DNA of 63,681 bases, filler included, from Candidatus Woesearchaeota archaeon (GCA_046538795.1; 6 parts of 6 records of this genome joined end to end with filler, not necessarily neighbours in it); one strand, 5' to 3'; positions 46,041 through 56,877 are shown, numbered from the whole stretch's first letter. Numbers and translations: made by a program. Notes: generated by a model not told the origin, from the sequence alone.

Positions 46041-47771
46041 TCATGAAAATGTCCTTACCATGTAAGGTCCCTGTTTTTTGTACCCGTGTTTTCTGTAGTA
46101 ATCTCTAACTCCAATACCTGAGATTATAATGATTTTTTCTTTGTCATTTTTTTTTGCGATATCTTCTGCTTTCTTAAGAAGTTTTTTTCCTATGCCCAAG
46201 TGCTGAGAATAATGATAAGACTGTTTTTTTTCTCTTATAGATGCCTGTGTTCCATATACATGAAGTTCTCTTACAAGTGCACTTTTTTCTGTTATCTCTT
46301 TTCGGAGCGTCTGGGAAGGAAACCTAAGCCTTATGAATCCAACCAATATGTCTTTTTTCACATCTTCTGCTGATATGAAAAATTCTTTTCCTTCTGAGGC
46401 ATCATATTCCTGAACTACAATATCTATCTTTTCAGGAAGTATTTTCTTTTTTCTGAATACTGTTCCTGCTTCTCGTTCCCTTATGTCTCTTGATTTTGGA
46501 TTCAGGTTGTCTATATACTGCCTAAGGTTGGTCCTGTCAACGCCTGCAACTGTAACATCTGTCGGTATATCTCTTTGCACTCTCATTAATCTCGCATATT
46601 CAGGAATCTTAGGAAGAAATGCTGCGATTATTTCAGAGGCTTCCTTTGTTTTTGGAGGTACATACTTTTTTTTTCTGAATTTTTCATAAAGCTTTGTGCC
46701 TTCCATTACCATGCAAGGATATATCTTTAGCATGTCTGGCCTGAACCTCTTGTCGGAAAATATTTTCTCAAGTTCTTTTTTGTCTGTTTCTTTGCTCCAG
46801 CCGGGAAGTCCTATCATCATGTGAAAATTAAGCTTGAAACCAAGATCTCTCAATGTTCTTGCAGCGTTTATCGAATCATTTACATCATGTCCTCTTTCTA
46901 TTGCTTTAAGCTTCTTGTCATCAAGGCTCTGGATGCCGATCTCAACTCTTGTGCATCCCAATGAAAGCAGAAAATTTCCTATATCTTCATCTGCGTAATC
47001 TGGTCTTGTCTCAACTGTAAGTCCGACACATCTTGCAATGCTTTTTTCATTTTTCGTCTGTTCTTTTTCAAGAGTAGTTTCTGTTGATCTTTTCAATTCC
47101 ATGAGTTTTTCTTTTAACTTTTTCTCACGAGCAGGATCATCAACCTTTCCAGGAAGCTCAAAAAATCTCATGAATTTTTTTTTCAGAAAAATATCCTTCT
47201 TAAAAAACATCCTTGAAAAATCATTCATGGCTTTAAGGGAATACATCACAAATTCTTTCTGATATGTCTTATCAAGAGCAGGAAATGTTCCTCCCATTAT
47301 GATAAGCTCAATTTTTTCTGGTATCTGGTTTATCACAACATACTGCTCAAGCCTGTTCATTACCTGGAGATAAGGATCAAAATTATTTCTTACTGCTCTT
47401 CTTGTTGCAGGTTCTTTTCCTGTATATGATTGAGGCACGTCGCCAAAGAATGATTTAGGACCTCCCGGACAGATTGCACATCTTCCATGCGGACATTTGA
47501 ACGGATAGCTCATGACTGCTATAATAGCAACACCTGAACTTGTACGAACAGGTTTAGTCGTAAATATTCTGTATTCATCTCTTTTTTCCGGCGGCAGATT
47601 ATTAAGTATCTCTATGTTGGTTGGAAATTTACCAAGATTATATTTTTTGGCTATTCTTTTCTTTATTGAATTTAGCTTGTCCTGGTTATCTATTCCTGAT
47701 TTTCTGGTTTCTTCAAATATTTCAAGGGCTGCTTTTTTCATTTTATCTTTCATATTTTCATAATAAATCAA
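46041..47771 (-). CDS. elp3: Elp3-type tRNA U34 acetyltransferase (radical SAM + GNAT)
   Basis: CPHGRCAICPGG, PQSYTGKEP, ETRPD, RELHVYG, SGIGVRDYY. Confidence 0.95.
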   Translation of the reverse strand: MIYYENMKDKMKKAALEIFEETRKSGIDNQDKLNSIKKRIAKKYNLGKFPTNIEILNNLPPEKRDEYRIFTTKPVRTSSGVAIIAVMSYPFKCPHGRCAICPGGPKSFFGDVPQSYTGKEPATRRAVRNNFDPYLQVMNRLEQYVVINQIPEKIELIIMGGTFPALDKTYQKEFVMYSLKAMNDFSRMFFKKDIFLKKKFMRFFELPGKVDDPAREKKLKEKLMELKRSTETTLEKEQTKNEKSIARCVGLTVETRPDYADEDIGNFLLSLGCTRVEIGIQSLDDKKLKAIERGHDVNDSINAARTLRDLGFKLNFHMMIGLPGWSKETDKKELEKIFSDKRFRPDMLKIYPCMVMEGTKLYEKFRKKKYVPPKTKEASEIIAAFLPKIPEYARLMRVQRDIPTDVTVAGVDRTNLRQYIDNLNPKSRDIREREAGTVFRKKKILPEKIDIVVQEYDASEGKEFFISAEDVKKDILVGFIRLRFPSQTLRKEITEKSALVRELHVYGTQASIREKKQSYHYSQHLGIGKKLLKKAEDIAKKNDKEKIIIISGIGVRDYYRKHGYKKQGPYMVRTFS

Positions 47772-47806
47772 AAATTTTAAATAAAGATTTCCCTATTTTC
47801 TGAATC

Positions 47807-49177
47807 ATGGATACTACTCTCCTTAAGAATTTTCTTAAAATTGTCAATCTTGATAAGATAGATAAGGATTTTTTAAAAGAAAATCTCATGGAAAAAGGCT
47901 GGCCTGAAAATGTAATAGATTCAGTTTATGAAGAGATGAAAACAAACTCCCAAGAAAATGATAAGCTGGCAGATTCAGATGAAAAAATATTTTCCAAAGA
48001 AGATTCTGATAAAAATATTGATGGAAAATCAGATGATGATTCTGTTCTTGTAAATCAAGTTCAAAATCAAGTTAATGATAATAACGAACAATCAACTGTT
48101 GGCAGAAATATTGTTAATTCAGACTTAGGAGAATTTTCATCTGAAGATAAGTCTGACTCAGATGCTTCTGAAGAAAAACAAAATCTAGATGAGATGGATG
48201 ATCCGTTAGATAATACTTTTGTCGATGACAATCTTCCTGAAGATACAGAAAAAGAGACCTATCAAAATACAAGATCTGAAATTCTTTCTGAAAAAGACTA
48301 TGTTGAAAGGCTTAGAAAATACATTATTCCTTTCATTGGAAAAGGTTATAACAAGTTCTATATACGAAGACAGTTCACAAAAGCAGGCTGGGATTCCAGG
48401 CTTTATGAGACTGCTTATAATCTTGCGGAAGAAGATGTAATGTACAGGAGAAAATCAATAAGGCTTGAAAAAGAGATACTTCTAAGACTTATTACCGGAG
48501 ATAATAAAGAAAGCATAGTAAAAGTCCTTCTTAAGAAAAGATGGCCGGATGATAATATAAAACGAAATTTCGAGAATTTTGACAAGGGAATAGAGGAATT
48601 CAAGAAAAGCCTTTATGAAGTTGATCTTAATGAGTATAACATAGATGAAATAAAATCTGTCCTTATACAAAAGGGCTGGCCTTCTGAACTTGTTGAAAGG
48701 ACGATTGAGCATCTTTCAGATAAGATTGAATATCACAGGCAGCTTCTTCACATGCAGGATGAGGTAAGAGCCATGATGCATTCTGGAAAAGATGCAAAAA
48801 AGATTGAGACAAGACTGCTTTCTGAAGGATATCCGCGCGACATTGTGAACAAGATCATACTAAAGCTTAACTTTGAAATTGTGAAAAATAAAGATATAGA
48901 TCGTTTCAAGACATTTAACAACACGAATCTTAAGCATAAGAATTATCATCATTTTTCAGAGATTACCGACCATTTTTATCCATTGGATAAATCAGCTAAT
49001 GATATCTCCTGGAAGGAATCTTTAAGAAAGGAAGATAATTCTTTGTATGATAATAAAAAAAATCAAGACAAAAATAGAAATCAGACAAAGGAATCTGAAA
49101 ATAATTATGATGGCGATGATGCCAGAAAATTAGAGGAGATGAAAGATGACCGGGAAAAAAGAACTGCAGAAAGCTGA
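47807..49177 (+). CDS. Hypothetical protein with repeated L-x2-3-G(W/Y) helical modules and an acidic linker
   Basis: LMEKGWP, FTKAGWD, LLKKRWP, LIQKGWP, LLSEGYP. Confidence 0.75.
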   Translation: MDTTLLKNFLKIVNLDKIDKDFLKENLMEKGWPENVIDSVYEEMKTNSQENDKLADSDEKIFSKEDSDKNIDGKSDDDSVLVNQVQNQVNDNNEQSTVGRNIVNSDLGEFSSEDKSDSDASEEKQNLDEMDDPLDNTFVDDNLPEDTEKETYQNTRSEILSEKDYVERLRKYIIPFIGKGYNKFYIRRQFTKAGWDSRLYETAYNLAEEDVMYRRKSIRLEKEILLRLITGDNKESIVKVLLKKRWPDDNIKRNFENFDKGIEEFKKSLYEVDLNEYNIDEIKSVLIQKGWPSELVERTIEHLSDKIEYHRQLLHMQDEVRAMMHSGKDAKKIETRLLSEGYPRDIVNKIILKLNFEIVKNKDIDRFKTFNNTNLKHKNYHHFSEITDHFYPLDKSANDISWKESLRKEDNSLYDNKKNQDKNRNQTKESENNYDGDDARKLEEMKDDREKRTAES

Positions 49178-49910
49178 ACGTATATTCATAGCAGATTCAG
49201 GAAGAAAATTTTACCAAAAAGATCCTGATAAGGACCTTCATACCCAGTATGGCTATATAAGAAGTGAAGACATAAAAAATGCAAGACCCGGTGACAAGCT
49301 TGAGACTAATAAAGGTGTTGGGCTTTTTCTTGTAGAACCTAAATTTCTTGATCATTATTCAAAGATAAAGCGCCTTGCTCAGATAATACCGCTTAAAGAT
49401 ATAGGATCAATAATCGCAGGGACAGGAATAACAAGAGATTCAATAGTTCTTGACGCTGGATCTGGAAGCGGAGGGCTTGCATGTTTTCTTGCAAGTCTTG
49501 TGAAAAAGATGTACACTTATGATATAAGAGATGATCATCTTGAGATAATCAAGAAAAACAAGGACTATCTTGGGTTATCAAATCTTCACATAGTTAAAGG
49601 AGATATATATCAAAAGATAAAACAGAATAATGTTGATCTCATAATACTTGATGTTCCTGAGCCATGGAAGGCTTTAAACACTGCTGTCGATGCTCTTAAA
49701 ATAGGAGGTTATATTGTTTCTTATTCACCTCATATACCGCAGACAGTTGATTTTGTTAATACAGTACGAGAATATGATAACTTTCTTTATATAAAGACAA
49801 TAGAAGTTAATGAGCGCGAATGGGAAATAGATGGACGAAAAGTCCGACCTAAGACATCACGCATGGGTCATTCAGGTTTCTTGAGTTTTGCAAGGCTTGT
49901 TAGCAATTAA
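49146..49910 (+). CDS. trmI: tRNA (adenine-N1)-methyltransferase
   Basis: QII.LKD, DAGSGSG, LDVPEPW, GHSGFL. Confidence 0.92.
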   Translation: MTGKKELQKAERIFIADSGRKFYQKDPDKDLHTQYGYIRSEDIKNARPGDKLETNKGVGLFLVEPKFLDHYSKIKRLAQIIPLKDIGSIIAGTGITRDSIVLDAGSGSGGLACFLASLVKKMYTYDIRDDHLEIIKKNKDYLGLSNLHIVKGDIYQKIKQNNVDLIILDVPEPWKALNTAVDALKIGGYIVSYSPHIPQTVDFVNTVREYDNFLYIKTIEVNEREWEIDGRKVRPKTSRMGHSGFLSFARLVSN

Positions 49911-49957
49911 TTAAATAAGAAGATATCAATAGTCCTTTTTCAAAAGCGTCTAATCAG

Positions 49958-50057
49958 NNNNNNNNNNNNNNNNNNNNNNNNNNNNNNNNNNNNNNNNNNN
50001 NTTAATTAATTAANNNNNNNNNNNNNNNNNNNNNNNNNNNNNNNNNNNNNNNNNNNN
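49958..50057. other. Artificial contig-joining spacer
   Basis: N44-TTAATTAATTAA-N44. Confidence 0.97.
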
Positions 50058-50605
50058 TTTTGGAAGTTGGTGATAGTGAAGTCTATGCAGGTTATCTGAC
50101 AAGATATGGTATCTGGGTTGAACAGGATCAGGATGCTCAACCTTATGAAGTCGAGATATCCATGCCGGCAACACAGCTAGAAGCACAGGTCTTCTTGACG
50201 TCAGGAGCAATCCAGACTACAGAGACTGAAGCAGAAAGTGCAGGTTCAACATACACAATTGCTCCAATTGCAGTCGGCGCTGCTCAGCTTGACAGCGAAG
50301 TTTCCAACTGGCAGAGCAAGAACGTGATTATTGTTGGCGGACCTTGCGCAAACACTGTTGCAGCAGAGTTCCTCGGAAACCCTGAGCCTTGCGGAACCGG
50401 ATTCGAAGCAGGAAAAGCAAAAGTAATGCTTAAGGAATACGGTTCAAATGTGGCAATGCTTGTTGCAGGTTACGATGCAGATGATACCAGGAGAGCTACA
50501 AGAGTTGTTAACAACTACAGGAACTACCCTGGATTCACCGGCAGCGAAATCGTTGTTGAAGGAACTTCAATGAGCGACATAACTGTTAGAACTCCAAGCA
50601 ACTAA
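50058..50605 (+). CDS. S-layer protein, C-terminal part (5'-truncated)
   Basis: LDSEV, NVIIVGGPCANTVAA, LVAGYDADDTRRA (Methanococcus-type S-layer C-terminal motif). Confidence 0.85.
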
Positions 50606-50639
50606 GGGTCTTGACCCTTATTTTTTATTTTTTTTATTT
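50603..50639 (+). terminator. Hairpin plus T-tract terminator of the S-layer gene
   Basis: TAAGGGTC-TT-GACCCTTA followed by TTTTTTATTTTTTTT. Confidence 0.7.
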
Positions 50640-50721
50640 CGTTATCTTTTTCTAGAAATCTTTATCCAATACAAAAAGATATAAATAAAAGATTCTTCTG
50701 CTAATTTTACGAGGGTGGATC

Positions 50722-51393
50722 ATGGCAGAGAATGATATCAATATCACTTATGAGACTCTTTTTGACATTGCAAGAAGAGAGAAGATGCAGGAAGATCTCC
50801 AGAAACTTGATGCTGATTTTTTCTCAAATCTTACAAAATATATTTCTGAAAAACAAAAGATTCTTGCAAAAAAGCCAGAAGGAAACATATTCTCACGAGA
50901 TGAAAGGCAGATAACCCAAAAACAGATAGAAAACATAAGAAAACTTGTCTCAGAATTATATGCGAGACGGGAAAGAAAGATAATCAACCTGGCCATAATC
51001 AAATCAAGGACAAATTCAAAGCTGATAGACACAACAACTCTTCTTCCTCAGGAAAAAAACCTTTTCCTCTATGTATTTAAGATACTGAATGAATCTAAAA
51101 AGAATATCTTGTATAACCTTCTTCAGGCAAAGATGCCGCAGCCAATAGATGCTTCTGCATGTTTCAGGACTCTGCAGTCTGCTCAAAACAGTGCTCAGGG
51201 GCAAGAAAAACCTGCAGAAGAAAAATCCTCTGCTATTGAAAAGATAATTAAATTCTTAAGCCCTGTACCAAAGTTTGTAGGAAAAGAACTTGAGACTTAT
51301 GGTCCTTTTGAGAAAGAGGATACTGCAAGGCTTCCATTGGAAATTGCCGATGTCTTAATAAAAAAAGGAAGGGCAGAAGAAGTAAAGCCCTGA
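50722..51393 (+). CDS. gins: GINS complex subunit (Gins51/Gins15 type)
   Basis: LQKLDADFF, RRERKII, LLPQEK, VPKFVG...YGPF...A..LI.KG; upstream of rpl44e. Confidence 0.88.
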   Translation: MAENDINITYETLFDIARREKMQEDLQKLDADFFSNLTKYISEKQKILAKKPEGNIFSRDERQITQKQIENIRKLVSELYARRERKIINLAIIKSRTNSKLIDTTTLLPQEKNLFLYVFKILNESKKNILYNLLQAKMPQPIDASACFRTLQSAQNSAQGQEKPAEEKSSAIEKIIKFLSPVPKFVGKELETYGPFEKEDTARLPLEIADVLIKKGRAEEVKP

Positions 51394-51471
51394 AACTTTC
51401 AAAACAGTAAGATTTTTAAGTAGAGCAGATTTCTTTTTCTAAAAACATGATGTTTATAGGAGTATTTAAAA

Positions 51472-51789
51472 ATGAAACTTCCAAAATCAATGAAACGATT
51501 ATGCCCTAAGTGCAAGAAACATACTGAACATAAGGTAGCTTCAAGCAAGAAGAAAGGTATGGGTTCTGTCCACACCCTCTCAAGAGGATCCAAGATAAGG
51601 GTCATGGCAAGAGGAGAATGGAGAGGAGCAGGAAACCAGGGAAGGTTTTCCAGACCGCCTGTCGCACAGAGAAAGAGGACTGGATCAAAGCAGTCAAAAA
51701 AGACAGACCTTAGATACCAGTGCAAGGAATGTAATTATACACATACCCAGGTATCAGGCACAAGGACAAAAAAGCTGGAATTCGTATAA
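51472..51789 (+). CDS. rpl44e: 50S ribosomal protein L44e
   Basis: CPKCKKHTEH, LRYQCKEC. Confidence 0.94.
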   Translation: MKLPKSMKRLCPKCKKHTEHKVASSKKKGMGSVHTLSRGSKIRVMARGEWRGAGNQGRFSRPPVAQRKRTGSKQSKKTDLRYQCKECNYTHTQVSGTRTKKLEFV

Positions 51790-51793
51790 AAAG

Positions 51794-51985
51794 GTGATTA
51801 TCATGAATCTTAATGAGCCTACAAGCAAATTTGTTGAAGTAAGATGCTCAAAATGCAAGAATGAGCAGATTATTTTTGGAAAATCCGCATCTGTTGTAAA
51901 ATGTCTGGTTTGCGGCAAAGAGCTTGCTGATCCAACTGGCGGAAAATCAAGGATGCGTGCAAGGATACTTGAAGTCCTTGAATAA
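51794..51985 (+). CDS. rps27e: 30S ribosomal protein S27e
   Basis: SKFVEVRCSKC, CLVCG...PTGGK. Confidence 0.95.
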   Translation: MIIMNLNEPTSKFVEVRCSKCKNEQIIFGKSASVVKCLVCGKELADPTGGKSRMRARILEVLE

Positions 51986-52025
51986 ATCTTTATTTTTATA
52001 TAATTATAACTTTGTCTGAATTAAA

Positions 52026-52823
52026 ATGTTAACTTTGAAAAAAGGCTATCCTGAGGAATCTGAAATTCTTTTGTGCACTGTCACAAAGATACATTACCAC
52101 TCGGTTTTTGTAGTTCTTGATGAATATGAAAATAAGCAGGGAATGATACATATATCTGAGATTTCTCCCGGAAGAATAAGGAACCTTTCTGATTATGTCC
52201 AGGAAGGAAAAAAGATAGTATGCAAGGTTCTTAAGATAAATAAAGACAGAGGACATATAGATCTGTCTCTCAGACGTGTTTCTCAGGCGCAGAGGCGTGC
52301 AAAGATCGATGAGATCAAACAGAATCAGAAGGCAGAAAAGATTGTTGAATATGTAGCAAAACAGTTTGATATGTCTACAGAAACGCTTTATGATAAAATT
52401 TATTCACAAATAATTGAGAAATATCACACTCTTCATGACGCGTTCCAGGCTTATGTTGAAGAAGAATATTCTCTTGATGATCTTGACCTTGACAAAAAGG
52501 TAAAAGCCGCTCTTGAAGATATCATAAAACAGAGGATCAAGCCTCTTAAGGTTGAGATAACAGGAAAGATGTCTCTTTTGAGCTATGAATCTGAAGGTGT
52601 TGAGATAATAAAAGAATGCCTTGAAAACATCCTTTCAAAATATGATGATCTTAAGATAAGCTACCTTGGCGGAGGAAAATACTCTTTCAAGATAATTTCA
52701 GGCGATTTCAAGACAGCTGAAAAGATCCTTAAGGACGCAACAGAAGACATGGAAAAATTCATGCATAATCATAATTCAAAATTCTCATTTACAAAAGAAG
52801 AAGGAAAGAAAGCAAAAGCATAA
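52026..52823 (+). CDS. eif2a: Translation initiation factor aIF-2 alpha
   Basis: S1 domain LDEY...IHISEIS, HIDLSLRRV. Confidence 0.95.
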   Translation: MLTLKKGYPEESEILLCTVTKIHYHSVFVVLDEYENKQGMIHISEISPGRIRNLSDYVQEGKKIVCKVLKINKDRGHIDLSLRRVSQAQRRAKIDEIKQNQKAEKIVEYVAKQFDMSTETLYDKIYSQIIEKYHTLHDAFQAYVEEEYSLDDLDLDKKVKAALEDIIKQRIKPLKVEITGKMSLLSYESEGVEIIKECLENILSKYDDLKISYLGGGKYSFKIISGDFKTAEKILKDATEDMEKFMHNHNSKFSFTKEEGKKAKA

Positions 52824-52830
52824 GACAAGA

Positions 52831-53001
52831 ATGGCTAAACACATATTAAAATGTCCAAAATGCGGCAAATATCTGCTTGATGAAAGATGCTATGACTGTG
52901 ATTTAAGATCTGTTGAAGTCAAGCCTCCAAAATATTCTCCTGAAGACAAATATGGTAAATACAGACGAGCTTATAAGAAGCAGGAAGAGGATTCAAAATA
53001 G
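52831..53001 (+). CDS. nop10: H/ACA RNP protein Nop10 (56 aa, not in the ORF track)
   Basis: CPKC...CYDC, PPKYSPEDKYGKYRR; canonical position after aIF2-alpha. Confidence 0.93.
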   Translation: MAKHILKCPKCGKYLLDERCYDCDLRSVEVKPPKYSPEDKYGKYRRAYKKQEEDSK

Positions 53002-53074
53002 TAATCTTTTTAAAGAATCTCAAAACACAAAATAGAATAATAAAATTGTTTGATGATAATTAAAGGTTATAAAA

Positions 53075-53740
53075 ATGGCAAAATTAAGAAAATTCAGCGC
53101 TTATAGAAGGCTTGAAAGACCTTATACAAGAAAATCCAAGTACAGGCAAAAGAGTTTTGTTAGAGCAACTCCTACAAACAAGGTTATCAGATTTGACATG
53201 GGAGACACAAAGAAGACTTATGATGCTGAAATAATCCTTAAAGTAAATCAGAATATTCAGGTAAGGCATAATGCTTTGGAATCAGCAAGACAGACTGCAA
53301 ACAGGCATCTTGAATCTGTTGCAGGCAAAGGAAATTTCTGGCTGAAACTTAGGAAATATCCTCATCATGTTCTAAGAGAAAATCCTCTTGCTTCAGGAGC
53401 TGGAGCAGACAGGATGAGTACAGGAATGAAAAAATCATTTGGAAAAGCTATAGGTCTTGCGGCACAGCTTAAGAAGGGCGAGATTCTTTTTAGTGCAAGG
53501 GTTTCTCAAAAAAATGTTGCTGCTGCAAAAGAAGCAATGAGAAAAATTTACTGCAAGCTTCCGTGTGAATGTTCAATTGAAGTTATTTCTCTTAAGGAGA
53601 AGCAGGCAAAAACAGTTCCTGGTGAGAAAACTGAGTCAGTTTCCCAGCCAGAGCCAAAAGTAAAGCCTGCAGGAGAGACACCTGAAACAGCAGTTGTTGA
53701 AGGTCCTCGGGATACAGAAGAACCTGTAAAGACCGAATGA
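53075..53740 (+). CDS. rpl10e: 50S ribosomal protein L10e (uL16) with C-terminal extension
   Basis: RHNALESAR, YPHHVLREN, GADRMSTGM. Confidence 0.95.
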   Translation: MAKLRKFSAYRRLERPYTRKSKYRQKSFVRATPTNKVIRFDMGDTKKTYDAEIILKVNQNIQVRHNALESARQTANRHLESVAGKGNFWLKLRKYPHHVLRENPLASGAGADRMSTGMKKSFGKAIGLAAQLKKGEILFSARVSQKNVAAAKEAMRKIYCKLPCECSIEVISLKEKQAKTVPGEKTESVSQPEPKVKPAGETPETAVVEGPRDTEEPVKTE

Positions 53741-53834
53741 TTTTCTAAATTATTCTTTTTTATTGAATTTTTATTTTATAATTATCTCATAATCAAACAA
53801 AATATTTATATATAATTTTAAAATATAGATTCTT

Positions 53835-54938
53835 ATGGATATATATAATATTTTTCTCAGATTTTCATATCAGGCAGGATTGTTGCTTCAGAATAATTAT
53901 ATCTATTTTTTTGCAGTGCTTTTAGGAGTATTTTTAGGTACAAAAGTTCTCATATGGTTTATAGAGCATGTTGTACTTCTTTTTACAAGAAAGACAAAGA
54001 CAACTCTTGATGATAAGATAATACATGCAGTCAAGAATCCTTTGCTTGTTATTGTTATGCTTTTTGGGCTTGAACTTGCCCTTAGGCCTTTTGTAACAGG
54101 AAATGCTGTTGCAGAAAGTATTGATAAGATACTCGTCTCAATAGGCATACTTATAGGTGTTGCTATGATTAACAGGGTCTTTGGCATACTTGTGGACGCC
54201 TGGGCCGATCATTTCGAAAAAATATCAAAGCTTGAGGTTAAGCATGATCTTCTTCCTCTTGTAAGCAAGGTTGTGCAGGTTATCGTTGTGCTTTTCGGTG
54301 TTGTTTTCATCTTTAGCACATGGGGTATTGAAGTGGGTCCTATAGTTGCAAGCTTAGGTGTTGCAGGAATAATATTGGGACTTGCTGTTCAGGACTCATT
54401 ATCTAATGTTTTTAGCGGTATATCTCTTATACTTGATCGTGCATATAAAGTGGGAGATATAATTGTCCTAAGCACAGGCGAGAGTGGAAGTGTTTATGAT
54501 ATTGGTCTTAGGAGTACTAAAATAAAGAGCTGGGATAATGAGATGCTCACAGTTCCGAACAAGCTTATAGCAAACGCTGTAATAAAAAATATAAAACAGC
54601 CTGACCTGGCAATAAAGACAACCATAAATTTTGGTGTTGAATATGGTTCAGACCCTGAAAAAGTAAAGAAGATAGTGGCTGGTGCTATAGATAAGCTTCC
54701 TAAGATATCTAAGATTGAAGGCCGCGAGACAATAGTTAGGTTTATGGGTTTTGGTGCAAGCTCTCTTGACTTTGTAGCCATGTTCTGGGTTGATGATCTT
54801 GCAGATAAATGGGAAACTCATCAGAAAGTCATGAGTACAATATATTCTGCTCTTAATAAGGCAAAGATAGGAATACCATTCCCTATCCAGACAGTTTATT
54901 TTCATGATGAGACTAAGAAAAGATCATCTAAAAAATAA
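53835..54938 (+). CDS. mscS: Small-conductance mechanosensitive channel
   Basis: GLAVQDSLSN, GD.I, IGLRSTKI, VPN, IPFP. Confidence 0.93.
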   Translation: MDIYNIFLRFSYQAGLLLQNNYIYFFAVLLGVFLGTKVLIWFIEHVVLLFTRKTKTTLDDKIIHAVKNPLLVIVMLFGLELALRPFVTGNAVAESIDKILVSIGILIGVAMINRVFGILVDAWADHFEKISKLEVKHDLLPLVSKVVQVIVVLFGVVFIFSTWGIEVGPIVASLGVAGIILGLAVQDSLSNVFSGISLILDRAYKVGDIIVLSTGESGSVYDIGLRSTKIKSWDNEMLTVPNKLIANAVIKNIKQPDLAIKTTINFGVEYGSDPEKVKKIVAGAIDKLPKISKIEGRETIVRFMGFGASSLDFVAMFWVDDLADKWETHQKVMSTIYSALNKAKIGIPFPIQTVYFHDETKKRSSKK

Positions 54939-54948
54939 AATTATACTA

Positions 54949-55923
54949 TTAAAGTCGCCTGTTGAACAATGGAACAAGTTTTTCCATGATCTCTTCAGGA
55001 TTTGTCAGGATATCCTTGTATTTTTTTCTGAATTCGTCTATTTTTTCTTTTTCAAGTATATCTGTCTTAGAAAGATAAAGAAGGATTGGTTTTCTTGTTT
55101 TTTTGATCTTGTTGTAGAGCTTTTTCTGCATTTCCAGAGGATATGGTTCTGTAATGTCAAAAACATATATCAGAACTTCAGCAAGATATTTGATCGCAAG
55201 TTCAGCCTGCCTTTCTATATAGTTCATCTTCTCAGGCCTGTCAAGAGTTCCTGGAGTGTCGACAAACTGAACTTTTTCGTGTTTTATCCTTGAATAACCC
55301 ATATTAAGGCCTTTTGTTGTAAAAGCATAAGCTTTTGCTTCAGGTATGCTGAATGTAAGTTTTGAAAGAAGAGTTGATTTGCCCACATTTGGAAAACCGA
55401 CTATCGCTATGGTAAACAACGAATCTTTTACTGCCGGAAGGGATTTCAAGTCTTTTCTTGCCCTTTCAAGTTCTTTTAAGAAAGAATTTATCTGTTTCAT
55501 GACAGAAGAAAGTCGTCCGTAATAGGATTTTCTTGTTTCTTCAATCTCGTCCTTTTCTCTGGACATCTTTATTTTTTGCAAGGTGGATCTTGAAAGCTCA
55601 TTATTTCGTTTTATGGCCCAGTCAAGAGATGAAAGTGCTTTTTTAATATCTTTTATCGGATGGTATAAACCAATAAGTTCCTGATAGAATTCACTTAGAG
55701 AATCAAAAGATGGAAAAGATCCTAAGATATTGTTTAGCTGATCATTAAGAGTCTCTCTTACAGAGTTTATTCTGGTGATTTCTATATCTCTTGCTTTTGC
55801 ATCCTCATATCTGTATTTCTTTTTTGTTCCTGTGAGTTGTTTCACTTTTTTTTTGGCGCGAGAGAAAGCAACATCTAAATAGAAATCATATTCTTTTATA
55901 TCCTGGAGATTTTGAAAATTCAT
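54949..55923 (-). CDS. nog1: NOG1-family GTPase
   Basis: GFPNVGKS, YAFTTKGL, DTPG.LDRP...N.IE, SKTD. Confidence 0.9.
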   Translation of the reverse strand: MNFQNLQDIKEYDFYLDVAFSRAKKKVKQLTGTKKKYRYEDAKARDIEITRINSVRETLNDQLNNILGSFPSFDSLSEFYQELIGLYHPIKDIKKALSSLDWAIKRNNELSRSTLQKIKMSREKDEIEETRKSYYGRLSSVMKQINSFLKELERARKDLKSLPAVKDSLFTIAIVGFPNVGKSTLLSKLTFSIPEAKAYAFTTKGLNMGYSRIKHEKVQFVDTPGTLDRPEKMNYIERQAELAIKYLAEVLIYVFDITEPYPLEMQKKLYNKIKKTRKPILLYLSKTDILEKEKIDEFRKKYKDILTNPEEIMEKLVPLFNRRL

Positions 55924-55963
55924 AAATTGGATATAAGAATGAAGAATATAAAAAGGTATGGGA

Positions 55964-56611
55964 TTAGCATAGAGGAATTTCTGTTATCATAAGCGCAGCA
56001 TCATGGCATATGATAGTGTTATCATTGCCATCATTAATTACAGGAACTAAAGAAACATGTGTTATATCGCCATAATCGTCTGCATAATATTCTGCTCTTA
56101 ATGTGATTTTTTCTCCTGCATCTATGTTTTTATTGATTTCCCTAAACATCATGCTGTTTGATCCTGCTATATTCATATTAACTTGAGATACAGAGTTGTT
56201 TCCTTTATTTGAAATGCGGACTATAAGCATGTTTTCAGAGGCATCATAGCAAATAGGTTTATCTGCTTCCTGTTGATTGAGGCTTATTCTTGCTCCAATA
56301 TCGCACATTACATTTGAATCTCTTATAACTTCTGATTGTTCAGCATAGTCATAAACATAGCTTTTTGCTCCGGATATTATGAAAAATGGTATCATGGCTA
56401 CCAGTGCCAGTGAAATAAGAAGCATCAAAGAAGATATGACTATACCTGCAATAGCAAGTCCTTTGCCGTCCTGTTCTGGATTTTTCTTAATATTGGCTAG
56501 TGCTACGATACCAAGCACTAGTCCAACGATTGAAAATGGGACTATAAGTGAAAAAATAAGTGAAAGTATGGCTAATATGTTTGTCTCTTTTTTCTTGTTT
56601 TTTGCTGCCAT
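55964..56611 (-). CDS. DUF4190-like membrane protein with external domain
   Basis: LAILSLIFS...LGIVAL..IKK....GKGLAIAGIVI. Confidence 0.75.
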   Translation of the reverse strand: MAAKNKKKETNILAILSLIFSLIVPFSIVGLVLGIVALANIKKNPEQDGKGLAIAGIVISSLMLLISLALVAMIPFFIISGAKSYVYDYAEQSEVIRDSNVMCDIGARISLNQQEADKPICYDASENMLIVRISNKGNNSVSQVNMNIAGSNSMMFREINKNIDAGEKITLRAEYYADDYGDITHVSLVPVINDGNDNTIICHDAALMITEIPLC

Positions 56612-56725
56612 GATAAATTTTTATTTTGCTTAGTTTATATAGTTATTGTATTTAAATGGTCGCTGGCTAAATATTTTAAATATGCTTGAGTTGAAAAACT
56701 CAAATGTCTTAAAAACCGTTAGGCA

Positions 56726-56877
56726 AATAAATGCAAATGCATTTATTGATTTTCTCAAAGAGAAACCTTTTTAAATATGTTGAATAGAATTTAACTATTT
56801 TCAAAAAGATTCCCGAATGGAAACTTAACAAAATACATGTATTTTGAACCTTTCTCAAAGAGAAAGGTTTTTAAATA
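56726..56877 (+). promoter_or_regulatory. Duplicated palindrome-palindrome-TATA unit (100-bp period)
   Basis: TTTCTC-AAA-GAGAAA-NN-TTTTTAAATA at 56751 and 56851, each preceded by another inverted repeat. Confidence 0.6.
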
